From NCBI GenBank assembly GCA_963699755.1, contig CAVOVB010000002.1, positions 32,001 through 96,000 of the forward strand: a stretch of 64,000 nt of DNA, in the 5' to 3' direction. The position numbers and the translations under genes are program-made. Below the pieces are notes generated by a model. The model saw only the letters and a program-made list of their open reading frames with translations, was not told where the DNA came from and searched no databases. Source of the stretch: an uncultured delta proteobacterium (GTDB lineage Bacteria > Myxococcota_A > Polyangia > Polyangiales > Houyiibacteriaceae). Shown here piece by piece: positions 40,129 to 48,490 of this stretch (positions are counted from its first letter, which is position 1; every line of letters starts with the position of its first letter).

Positions 40129-41406
40129 TCAGGCCGCCACATGGGAGTCCTTTCGTCCTAGTAGCGATGCGCGCGTCGTTTGCAGAAACCGATCGGCGAT
40201 ACGGTCTCGGTCGAATTGCTCAGCCACGCGGCCGAGGGCGTTCTTGCCTCTTTGGCGGGCCGTTTCCGGCTGAAGCGTGTTGAGCGCTTCAATCCACTCC
40301 GCTTCAGATTCCGCTCGAAAGTAGTCGCGTTGCGGGTCGAGCCCGATCCCTTCGACGCCTCGTTCCGTTCCGAGGCATGCGGTCGCGAAGAGGCTGCTCT
40401 CGATCGCCTTCACGCGGGTGCCGCTTCCGTAAAAAATAGGTACGAGGCTGATGATCGCAGAGTGGTAGTATTGAGCCACGGAGTCGACCTGGCCGAGAAA
40501 GCGGATTCGCGAATCGCGGAAGTACGGGGCAAGCCAGTTGCCGTCCCCGGAGCCCACGATGGTCAGCAAGTAAGGGCGAGTGACCTTGGGCCAGACCTTC
40601 TCCAAGAACCATCTCAGCCCATCGCGATTTGGCGGCCAGTCCAATCTCCCGATGAAGAGAAGCTGGCGCTCATCGGCAGGCGCGGGGCGCTGAGGCTTGG
40701 GTTCCATGCCAATGGGAAGGGGTTCGACGCGTGCCCGGGGAGCGATCTCCCGAAACCGACCGGCATCAGCGTCCGAAACCGTAAGGACCAATTGGGCAGC
40801 GTCACAGAGCGAAGCCTCGAACCGTTCGACGGCCTTTCCCTGCCACTCGAGGAGTCGCGCGGTCAAGCCGCGTTCTTGGGAAGCCGCTCGAAACCAGAGG
40901 TCTGCCTCGACATTGTGAGCACGATAGATCATCGGGACGCGCGGCCAGTCGGCGAGCTCCTGAAACCAGGCGGCGGCGTGCAAACCGTCAAACACGACCA
41001 CAGTCCCGGGCTCGGAGACCGCCCGAAAGAGCTTTCTGCAACCGTCCTTGGTCACGTACTGGGAAAGCGTCAGCGCTCGAGCGGGGTGGCGGAGCAGATT
41101 CTTCAGGTGAAGCACTCGCCCGGGCTTCGGTCTGCGAACGACGGTCGCCGACCGAATTCCCAGCGCACCGCGGGCTTCGAACTCCGAAACCTCTTCGCCC
41201 TGCGGCACGATGGCCAGCAGGTCGATGATTGCGCCTTTGAGACACAGGGCGCAAACTAGTTGTGTGGTCGCCTGCCGGGCACCGTCGCTTGCAGGCAATG
41301 GCCATTTTGGGGTGATCCAAAGAATTCGCTTCATCCCGATCGATGCGTCTTGACCGGTCGAGGACTCCGCAACGATTCCATCGGTAGTGAGGCCCAGCAT
41401 AGTCAT
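40129..41406 (-). CDS. Glycosyltransferase family 4
   Basis: RILWITPKWPLP..DG, HNVE, FIGRLDWPPNRDG and VPIFYGSGTRVKAIES. Confidence 0.88.
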   Translation of the reverse strand: MTMLGLTTDGIVAESSTGQDASIGMKRILWITPKWPLPASDGARQATTQLVCALCLKGAIIDLLAIVPQGEEVSEFEARGALGIRSATVVRRPKPGRVLHLKNLLRHPARALTLSQYVTKDGCRKLFRAVSEPGTVVVFDGLHAAAWFQELADWPRVPMIYRAHNVEADLWFRAASQERGLTARLLEWQGKAVERFEASLCDAAQLVLTVSDADAGRFREIAPRARVEPLPIGMEPKPQRPAPADERQLLFIGRLDWPPNRDGLRWFLEKVWPKVTRPYLLTIVGSGDGNWLAPYFRDSRIRFLGQVDSVAQYYHSAIISLVPIFYGSGTRVKAIESSLFATACLGTERGVEGIGLDPQRDYFRAESEAEWIEALNTLQPETARQRGKNALGRVAEQFDRDRIADRFLQTTRASLLGRKDSHVAA

Positions 41407-42203
41407 TTGGCTAGAATCATCACTAGATCCCCCCCGAACCTCTGGGTGAACGGCAGGGCACGAAAGACAACTTGGTCAATCTGCTCGATTCTGCTGGGGC
41501 GTTCGGGATGGCGATTGGGCAAGAACTTGCTGAAGCGAGACAAGAGGTTGAAACGTATCAGCTCGAATTTCGGGAAAGCCGACAAGACCATATTCAGCTG
41601 TTCGCGATTGAGCTTCTGTTCGTCTTCAGTTCGGTGGGCTTCGAGCGAGGGTTCGTTCGAAACCAACCAAGTCACGAGCCGCGAGTTTCGCAGGGCGTCG
41701 AATACTGGCACTTCGACGAACTCGCGGAACACGGCGATGCCACCGGGCTTGAGGACGCGGTACGCCTCGCGGATGGCATCCTCGACTTCAACGTGATGCA
41801 AGATGTCGAAGCCCGCGACGACGTCGAAGAAATCATCCGGGTATTCGAGGTCCTCTGCAGCCTGCAACGAGAAGTCGGTACTGTCGCCGAATCCATAGCG
41901 GTCCGCCTTGCGGCGACATTCGACGATGTTCTCTTCACAGACATCGAAGCCCCACACTCGGTAGCCGATCTTGGAGTGGCACATCGATGCATGGCCCAAG
42001 CCGCAGCCGAAATCGAGGAGCCGCTGGGAGGGACCCTGATATGCGTCTTGGATGATCTGATAGACTCGCCAGTAGGAATTCCAGGGGCGTCTCTCGTGGC
42101 CCATCACGGGATCGAATACGACCTCCTCGTCGTCGTGTGTCCGCGAGTATTCGCGATAGAACTGGCGTTCGCGCTCTTGCCTCGCTGTCAGATATTGCAT
42201 CAC
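41403..42203 (-). CDS. Class I SAM-dependent methyltransferase
   Basis: LLDFGCGLG, AEDLEYPDDFFDVV and RVLKPGG. Confidence 0.88.
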   Translation of the reverse strand: MMQYLTARQERERQFYREYSRTHDDEEVVFDPVMGHERRPWNSYWRVYQIIQDAYQGPSQRLLDFGCGLGHASMCHSKIGYRVWGFDVCEENIVECRRKADRYGFGDSTDFSLQAAEDLEYPDDFFDVVAGFDILHHVEVEDAIREAYRVLKPGGIAVFREFVEVPVFDALRNSRLVTWLVSNEPSLEAHRTEDEQKLNREQLNMVLSAFPKFELIRFNLLSRFSKFLPNRHPERPSRIEQIDQVVFRALPFTQRFGGDLVMILAK

Positions 42204-42257
42204 GGCTTCCTCTGCGACTCCCGAATGGGGGCCTGAATCGATGTCAAACGCCCGACA

Positions 42258-42617
42258 CTAAGCCTCGACGCGAGCGCCTGGTGTCACGGAATGCTCAGCC
42301 ACCACGGTATCGGAGTCGTCCACGCAGGACACGAGCTTGGTGAAGCCCACCCGTTCGAGCAGCTCATAGACGATGGTAGGCACGTCGACGAGTCGCAGGT
42401 CCGTGCCGCGGATTCGTAGATGTGAGTAGAGTCGCACGAGCATGGCCAGTCCCGCCTGATCGATCCGGCGAACCCGCTCGAGGGACAACTCCACACACTC
42501 GACGCCCACGAGTTTCGAGAGCGGGAGTCGCTCGGCCAACCTCAAAGCGTCGTGGCCCAAGAGATCACCATCAAGCTCGATCCGCAGTCGAACAATGGAT
42601 TCACCTCGCGTCTTCAT
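42258..42617 (-). CDS. STAS-domain protein (anti-sigma antagonist, SypA-like)
   Basis: IELDGDL, VELSLERVRRIDQAGLAMLV and VYELLERVGF; ATGA coupling to the upstream gene. Confidence 0.8.
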   Translation of the reverse strand: MKTRGESIVRLRIELDGDLLGHDALRLAERLPLSKLVGVECVELSLERVRRIDQAGLAMLVRLYSHLRIRGTDLRLVDVPTIVYELLERVGFTKLVSCVDDSDTVVAEHSVTPGARVEA

Positions 42618-43987
42618 GACCGGCTGACATTAGCATGCATCGTGCCAAGTTCTTGGTGAAGATCAGACGGGGCGAGCTCCGCGTTCCAGATTTGTTCCAT
42701 GGCGGCGGACTGGGCGAACAAGATGAAGAGGAACCAGCTCCAACATTGCGATAGAAAGAACGCGGCGACGCAGAACCCGACCATCGATGGAAACATGGAG
42801 CGACGCACGGCTTGCCCCATTGGGTCGTCTTCCGGCACATCCGCCTTGCGGTGGTGATAGGCGAGACGGACGGTCAGAAAAACGAGCGCCATGAACGGGA
42901 TGAAACCGATGAGCCCGGTCTCCGCGGCGGCCTTGATGAACGAGTTGTGTGCATCGCGCGGCTCCCAGTTGACGGGATTTCGGGCGTAGCCGTGGTAGTT
43001 GTCCGGGAATTGGCCGAAGCCCACCCCGAAGAGCGGATTGTGAGCTGCCATACGAATTCCCGACGCCCACATGTCGAGCCGGCCCTGTGCGGATTCATCG
43101 AGCTCGCCAACCTTCAAGGCTCCGCTGGACCTCTCGTTCACGCCCGCGAGAAACAGCATGGCAACGACAAGTGCCACAAGCGCTGGCGCGAGCGCGAGCC
43201 GAAGGCTGACCCGGCCTCGGTCGTAGAAGGTGAACGCCAGCGCCGCCATGAGCCCGAGCGCTCCGCCGCGAGACACGGTTGCGAATATCCCGCCGACCAG
43301 AACTGCGAGCAGCAAGCCCCAGGAAAGACGCCTGATGCCGCGTGTCGACAGGGCAAGCTCGGCGAACAGCGGCACATAGATCAGCAGGACGAGCGCGAGA
43401 TCGTTTGGGTCTCCCAGCAACCCGGCGAGTCCGGCTCGATTGCCTTCGACCGTCGCTAGGCCCGAGGTCCTCAGGTGAATCGCCAAGAGCGCCAGCCCAA
43501 CCGTGCATAGGGCAAGGCTGAGGTGGAGCTTGACCGCCTGCCGCTTCGTAGTGACCAGATGGACCACGAGCACGTACATGATCAACATCTTGATGAAGAC
43601 ATCGCCGAAGTACGCCCAGCTCGCCGCCGGGTTGGTGCTCATCAGCGATGACAGCATCACTGCTCCGGCAAGTGCGAGCATCCACTTGCCGTGAGGTGCG
43701 GGAGACACCCGTATGTCGCCACGAAACAGCTTCGTGATCAGCCACGAAAGGATCGCAACCAGTCCGACGAGCTTGGCAGGCTGAATTGCGGCGAGCACTG
43801 GAAAGTGATCGGCGGGCCTGAGGACAAGGACCACGATGAACGCAAGTGTCGCATTGAGCGCGCTCGAGAGAGTCCAAACGATCGCGGCGACGCCGAGGAC
43901 GACCCCGAGGGCCGCCATTGGATGCACGGCGGCCGCGGAGGCGCCTACGGCAATTGCAACGCCGCCGAGGAAGGCAGCGCCACGCAC
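42614..43987 (-). CDS. O-antigen ligase/Wzy-like polymerase (SypL-like)
   Basis: Multi-TM protein; GLLGDPNDLAL, TVSRGG, DESAQGRLDMW, NPLFGVGFGQF and AHNSF. Confidence 0.88.
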   Translation of the reverse strand: MRGAAFLGGVAIAVGASAAAVHPMAALGVVLGVAAIVWTLSSALNATLAFIVVLVLRPADHFPVLAAIQPAKLVGLVAILSWLITKLFRGDIRVSPAPHGKWMLALAGAVMLSSLMSTNPAASWAYFGDVFIKMLIMYVLVVHLVTTKRQAVKLHLSLALCTVGLALLAIHLRTSGLATVEGNRAGLAGLLGDPNDLALVLLIYVPLFAELALSTRGIRRLSWGLLLAVLVGGIFATVSRGGALGLMAALAFTFYDRGRVSLRLALAPALVALVVAMLFLAGVNERSSGALKVGELDESAQGRLDMWASGIRMAAHNPLFGVGFGQFPDNYHGYARNPVNWEPRDAHNSFIKAAAETGLIGFIPFMALVFLTVRLAYHHRKADVPEDDPMGQAVRRSMFPSMVGFCVAAFFLSQCWSWFLFILFAQSAAMEQIWNAELAPSDLHQELGTMHANVSRS

Positions 43988-45265
43988 CTATGCTTCTCCT
44001 CGTGGCATTCTGCCGAGGGAGGGTGCGCCGAGTGCTTCGGTGAGCTCTTTCTCTCCGCGCAGCGAGTCATCGAACGCGGCAAAGAAGGCGACCGCAAGCA
44101 GCGCGAGTATCAATCCCGCAAGCAAAGCTCCCGGAAGCACGACCCAGAGCGAGGGATTGAGCGAGCGCGTGGGCATCACGGGCCTCTCGACAGTCCAGAC
44201 TTGATTCCCTTCGGCAAAGATCGCCAGTTCTTCGGTCAACAAACGCTGCCGGAGAAGTGCCTCTTGCGCCTTTGCCTCCTTCAGCTCGATCAGCAGCTCC
44301 TGATGTCGGGCCGCTGTGCTCGTCTCGGTCAGCGCCTGGCTTTCCGGATCGACCAGCTCTGAGCTGCCTGTTTCGTTCGCGACGTCGTCGCTGCTCTTGC
44401 GCTCCCGCCTGATCGCTCGCTGCAGCCATTGCACTCGCTGCCTCGCGGACACGAGCTTTGGGTGGTTCTCCCCGTAGAGCGGCCGAAGCTCGGCCACCTC
44501 GCGGCGAGCGTCCGCCAGATCCTTTCGGTATTGCCTCGATCCTACGGTCCCCTCCGGCTTGCGCTGCCGGAGCTTCGCCTCCGACTGCGCAACCGCTTGT
44601 TCGGCGGTTACGAGACGCACCTCGGCCTCCGCCAAGGCTCTGCGGAGACTGGGCTTCCCTCCACCTCTCCCTTCCTGGGCCTCAGGCAACTGGGCAACCT
44701 GTGGTTCGATTTCCTCCGTGTCGTCCTGAAGCTGCTCGAGCTGATCCTCGAAAAACTCTGCAGAGGCGCGAACCGTCTCTCTTTGCGGGCGGACGATCTG
44801 GTCGGTGAAAGCCTCGATCAGCTCATTGGTCGCCTGGTACGCCCCGATCGGGGTCGCTCCCTGCACCTTGATCAGGACCAGCTCTCCCCCAAGCGCAATG
44901 ACATCCAACCCTCGTTGGAAGTCCTCCACTGCCTGGTTCACCTCTTCGGGGCTGGCCATGTTTCCCAATCGCCCGAGTTTTCGAAGAACCCGCTCCGAGG
45001 TGTCGTGACTTTCGAAGATGCTTTCAACCAGAGGCATGCGTTGCTTCGCCGACCACTGTTCCAACATGTCCTTCAGAAAAGGGTTGACTGTCTGCTGGTC
45101 CTGAATGAGCAGCCGCGCCGTGCATTGATAGCGGTCGGGCATGATCTGCCACACTAGGCCGGCCGCCAAAACCGTGAGGAGGGGGACCAGCAACACCAAG
45201 TCCCAGCGCCGCAAGATCAAGTGAAACAATGCGTCGGGATTGAGCTCTCGCGGGGAGTTTTTCAT
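43988..45265 (-). CDS. Polysaccharide co-polymerase Wzz/Wzc/GumC (SypO-like)
   Basis: N- and C-terminal TM helices; LLIQD...NPFLKD; coiled-coil; VERPVMP; LGAPSLGRMP end. Confidence 0.85.
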   Translation of the reverse strand: MKNSPRELNPDALFHLILRRWDLVLLVPLLTVLAAGLVWQIMPDRYQCTARLLIQDQQTVNPFLKDMLEQWSAKQRMPLVESIFESHDTSERVLRKLGRLGNMASPEEVNQAVEDFQRGLDVIALGGELVLIKVQGATPIGAYQATNELIEAFTDQIVRPQRETVRASAEFFEDQLEQLQDDTEEIEPQVAQLPEAQEGRGGGKPSLRRALAEAEVRLVTAEQAVAQSEAKLRQRKPEGTVGSRQYRKDLADARREVAELRPLYGENHPKLVSARQRVQWLQRAIRRERKSSDDVANETGSSELVDPESQALTETSTAARHQELLIELKEAKAQEALLRQRLLTEELAIFAEGNQVWTVERPVMPTRSLNPSLWVVLPGALLAGLILALLAVAFFAAFDDSLRGEKELTEALGAPSLGRMPRGEA

Positions 45266-45816
45266 GACGACCTACGAAGCTGCCGAGTGATGACTCCGGG
45301 AGGCAATTGGGGCGGCCATGTCCTGAGGCCGGCTTTGATGCGGCGCAGAGTCTCGGCCGGAGACGGACATTCGAGCTCATTCCAGACCCCCCCAAGCATT
45401 GGCAAGCCAAGAACGCGGAGCTGGTCCGCGCAAGCCGCCACCTGTGCCCGGGTCGTGGTCATGCCCCGGGCTATGAGGAGCGCTCCATCGAAATTGGCGC
45501 GGACTGAGGGAGTCAGTGCGGCAGCCCCTTCCCCTTCCAGCAACGCCAGACCGTCGACCCAGACATAGCCGTGCGCGGGCTCTGCCGTCGGCTCAAGCTC
45601 TGCTTTCGACAGCGGCGCCGTGAAGCTCTGCACCATAGAGGTCTCGTTCGTCACCGCGCTCGCGTGCCGTTGAATGCAGCGTGCAAAATGGGTCTTTCCA
45701 TCCCCAGAGTGGGCGGACACCAGGAGAATGCGGTGTGCGTTCGCCGACTGTGCAGCGCCAAACACGCGCGCCACGAGGCTGTGCTCCTCGCGCAGCAATT
45801 TAGCAGAGCTGGTCAC
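45262..45816 (-). CDS. Minimal BY-kinase-like (CapB/CpsD, SypD-like) protein
   Basis: GTG with AGGGAAG RBS; ILLVSAHSGDGKT, FDGALLIARGMTT and PMLGGVWN. Confidence 0.7.
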   Translation of the reverse strand: MTSSAKLLREEHSLVARVFGAAQSANAHRILLVSAHSGDGKTHFARCIQRHASAVTNETSMVQSFTAPLSKAELEPTAEPAHGYVWVDGLALLEGEGAAALTPSVRANFDGALLIARGMTTTRAQVAACADQLRVLGLPMLGGVWNELECPSPAETLRRIKAGLRTWPPQLPPGVITRQLRRSS

Positions 45817-45847
45817 ATCGACTTCCCTAGGCAAGACCAACGTATAA

Positions 45848-45863
45848 CGCAAGATTGGGGCCG
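45848..45863 (-). promoter_or_regulatory. Sigma54 promoter for the BY-kinase/co-polymerase/ligase/STAS operon
   Basis: Minus strand CGGCCCCAATCTTGCG = GG-N10-GC, about 30 nt upstream of GTG 45816. Confidence 0.65.
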
Positions 45864-45917
45864 AGTGTCGATCGGCCCCGCAAAGGGGGACAGTCGCTCC
45901 GCATGGACACATGGTCC

Positions 45918-45963
45918 GTTTCATTCCGAAACAAGGGTGGGCGTCTCCGTGCCGGTTCGGAAC
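45918..45963. promoter_or_regulatory. Paired palindromic activator-binding sites
   Basis: GTTTC-N5-GAAAC (45918) and GTGCC-N5-GGAAC (45949), 31 bp apart, between divergent sigma54 promoters. Confidence 0.6.
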
Positions 45964-45983
45964 AGGCGCCTCAACGAGCCCCA

Positions 45984-45999
45984 TGGCTCGATCCTTGCT
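45984..45999 (+). promoter_or_regulatory. Sigma54 promoter for the GT4 pair
   Basis: TGGCTCGATCCTTGCT = GG-N10-GC. Confidence 0.7.
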
Positions 46000-46039
46000 T
46001 CATTCGCTTCAGACCCCCAGCCTATCGCCGGAGTGTTGC

Positions 46040-47188
46040 TTGAAAGAGTACCCGACGCCGCGCCGTCGTCTACGCGTGGCCCAACTCATGCAGTATTTCG
46101 CCGTTGGCGGCCTCGAGCGAATGGTCGAACGCCTCAGCGTCGCCTCGAATGCTCGGGGCATCGAGAGTCTGGTCATCGCGTACCTTGGGGATGGGCCGAT
46201 TCGAACAGCGCTCGAGCAGCAAGGTATTCGGACGCTCCTGCTCGACAATGGACCAGGTTTTGATCCGAAGCTCGTATGGCGCCTTCGTTCTGTACTCCTT
46301 CGGGAGCAGATCGATGTGCTGCACACGCATCATTTGGGCCCCTTCGTATACGGCGCGCCTGCGGCTGTTCTGGCCGGGTGCCGGCAGGTCCACACCGAGC
46401 ACTCCCACGAGCTCTACGACACGACCCGGAGGCAATTTCTGGGTGCCATGATGTCACCGCTCGCCGAAGTGGTCGCCGTGACACCGGAAATCTCCGAGTA
46501 CCGAAAGCGCTTTCCGGGCCGATGCCTTGTGATCCCCAACGGAGTGCCCATACCTCAGGATTCGCTCGCGATGCGCGAGGCAGGGCGCGCTCTGATAGGC
46601 GCGAATCAAGACAACTTCGTGGTGGGCTGCGCCGCACGACTTTCTGCCGAGAAGAACCATGCGGGCCTCCTCGAAGCATTCGCACAGCTCGTTCGGGACG
46701 AGCCCCGTTCACTTCTCGCCTGCGCCGGCGATGGGCCTCTCGGCGACACACTGCGCGCCCAGGCGGAAGCCGCTGGTCTGAGTCCACGCGTTCGATGGTT
46801 GGGCACGGTGCAAGACATGGCGCCGTTCTACGCGGCGCTCGACGCGTGCGTCCTCAACAGCGATCGAGAGGGTTTGCCCCTCAGCCTGCTCGAAGCGATG
46901 GCGTTTGGGATTCCAGTAGTCGCAACCGACGTGGGGGGCGTCGGAGAGCTCCTCGCCGGGGAGGCCGGATTGCTCGTTCCCCCGCGTGCGCCCGAGACCT
47001 TGGCTGGCGCCCTGGTGTCCCTGGTCGAGCAACCCGAGTTCGCGAAGAAGCTCGGCGAACATGGCAAGGCCCGTATTCATGAGAGCTACGGCATCGACAC
47101 CATGGTCGACCGTTACGTCGCGCTCTATCGTGACGCCGCAAAAAGACCGCTGCTCTGGTCTAACATCGGTTCTGCACCGTGCGCATAA
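46040..47188 (+). CDS. Glycosyltransferase family 4
   Basis: TTG start with GGAG RBS downstream of the sigma54 promoter; GGLERMV, HTEH, IPNGV, ARLSAEKN and EGLPLSLLEAMA. Confidence 0.9.
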   Translation: MKEYPTPRRRLRVAQLMQYFAVGGLERMVERLSVASNARGIESLVIAYLGDGPIRTALEQQGIRTLLLDNGPGFDPKLVWRLRSVLLREQIDVLHTHHLGPFVYGAPAAVLAGCRQVHTEHSHELYDTTRRQFLGAMMSPLAEVVAVTPEISEYRKRFPGRCLVIPNGVPIPQDSLAMREAGRALIGANQDNFVVGCAARLSAEKNHAGLLEAFAQLVRDEPRSLLACAGDGPLGDTLRAQAEAAGLSPRVRWLGTVQDMAPFYAALDACVLNSDREGLPLSLLEAMAFGIPVVATDVGGVGELLAGEAGLLVPPRAPETLAGALVSLVEQPEFAKKLGEHGKARIHESYGIDTMVDRYVALYRDAAKRPLLWSNIGSAPCA

Positions 47189-48267
47189 GCCACATCATCG
47201 CGCCCGGACTCATGGCTGGCGCCGAGAATGTCGTTTTGCAGGGCTGCGCGGCTCTGGTCGCTCGCGGGCACGCGCTGTCTGTGCTGGTGATGGTGGACGA
47301 TCGCTGTCCCTCGTATGGGGAGCGCTTCATCGAGGCGGCCCAGGAAAGGAACGTCCCGGTCCGCGCGCTACGTGTCCGAGGCCGCCTCGATTTAGTCACG
47401 ATCGTGAAGCTTCGCGGCGCGCTCGAGGCGCACGGCACCGAGGTCATGCATGCGCATGGGTACAAGGCGCTCGTCTATGGCTTGCTGGCAAAGACCAGAC
47501 ACATGGCCCTCGTGGTCACCCACCATGGTGAAACGGGACATGATCGATTGGCGCGATTCTATGAGAGTCTCGCGCGAACGCTGTATCGAATGGTCGACCG
47601 CGTGTTCTCCGTTTCGAACGCTACGACCGAGTCACTCGTTGCGGCAGGCGTGCCGCGGGCAAAGCTCACAACGGTGCCCAACCCCGTTTCGCTTTCTGCG
47701 CCGACCTCCGGCACCGAGCGGAAGCGGTCGGAAGGCGCGATGCTTTTCGTGGGCCGGCTCAGCGAAGAAAAGGGTCTCGACGTACTCCTGCGCGCACTTG
47801 CGTCGCCTCGCGCGCCCAAGCAGCTCACGCTCGATGTTGCGGGCGACGGGCCGTGCGCCGGTCAGTGGAAGGCGCTGTCGACTAGCCTGGGGCTCGATGG
47901 CCGAGTTCGCTGGCTGGGCGTGCGTGTTGATATCCCCGAGTTGCTCGCCGAAACCCAAGTTCTGGTCCTTCCCTCGCGCCGCGAGGGGCTCCCCCTGGCG
48001 GTGTTGGAGGCTGCCTCGTGCGAGGTTCCGGTGCTTGCAAGTCGAGTTGGCGGCGTGCCCGAGGCTGTGTGGGAAGGCGAAACCGCTCTACTCGTTACGC
48101 CAGGCGACGTGGACGCCTGGTCGAGAGCGCTCGAAACCTTGCCGATGCAGACCGAGAAGCTCCGTCATGGCGCAAGGCGTCGCGGTGCCGAAGTCCGCGC
48201 CCGCCACGCACCCGAGCGTTGGGCTGAGCTAACGACGCAACATTACGGTGAGGTTGCAAGGCGATGA
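47179..48267 (+). CDS. Glycosyltransferase family 4
   Basis: AGAE, HAHGYKA, FVGRLSEEKG and EGLPLAVLEAA; overlaps the upstream GT. Confidence 0.9.
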   Translation: MRISHIIAPGLMAGAENVVLQGCAALVARGHALSVLVMVDDRCPSYGERFIEAAQERNVPVRALRVRGRLDLVTIVKLRGALEAHGTEVMHAHGYKALVYGLLAKTRHMALVVTHHGETGHDRLARFYESLARTLYRMVDRVFSVSNATTESLVAAGVPRAKLTTVPNPVSLSAPTSGTERKRSEGAMLFVGRLSEEKGLDVLLRALASPRAPKQLTLDVAGDGPCAGQWKALSTSLGLDGRVRWLGVRVDIPELLAETQVLVLPSRREGLPLAVLEAASCEVPVLASRVGGVPEAVWEGETALLVTPGDVDAWSRALETLPMQTEKLRHGARRRGAEVRARHAPERWAELTTQHYGEVARR

Positions 48268-48425
48268 TCGGCGTAAGACTTCGGTCGAGAGTCGCTCGTC
48301 GCGTCACGCTCACCGACGTGTTTCACTTCGGAAGTCGGCGGACGAGAAGTGTTCTAGAAAGGCGCATCGAATGGGGCGCCGAAGACACGCGTGCTTGCAG
48401 CGCCGAGGATCTCGGCATCGAGACG

Positions 48426-48442
48426 TTGGCGCGCAGGTTGCA
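48426..48442 (+). promoter_or_regulatory. Sigma54 promoter for the GT2-sugar transferase fusion
   Basis: TTGGCGCGCAGGTTGCA near-consensus; paired upstream sites at 48320 and 48351. Confidence 0.78.
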
Positions 48443-48490
48443 TGCGCGGCGAGCAGCGCGATTGAATCGAACGCGAGATTAGGTATCGGC

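Noticed and set aside
45911..46039. Longer N-terminus for the GT4 (starts at 45911 or 45983)
   Set aside because: These overlap the sigma54 promoter and enhancer-like sites; TTG 46040 has a proper RBS.
48248..48490. 81-aa N-terminal extension of the GT2 fusion
   Set aside because: The region holds the sigma54 promoter and paired sites; the peptide is not protein-like.
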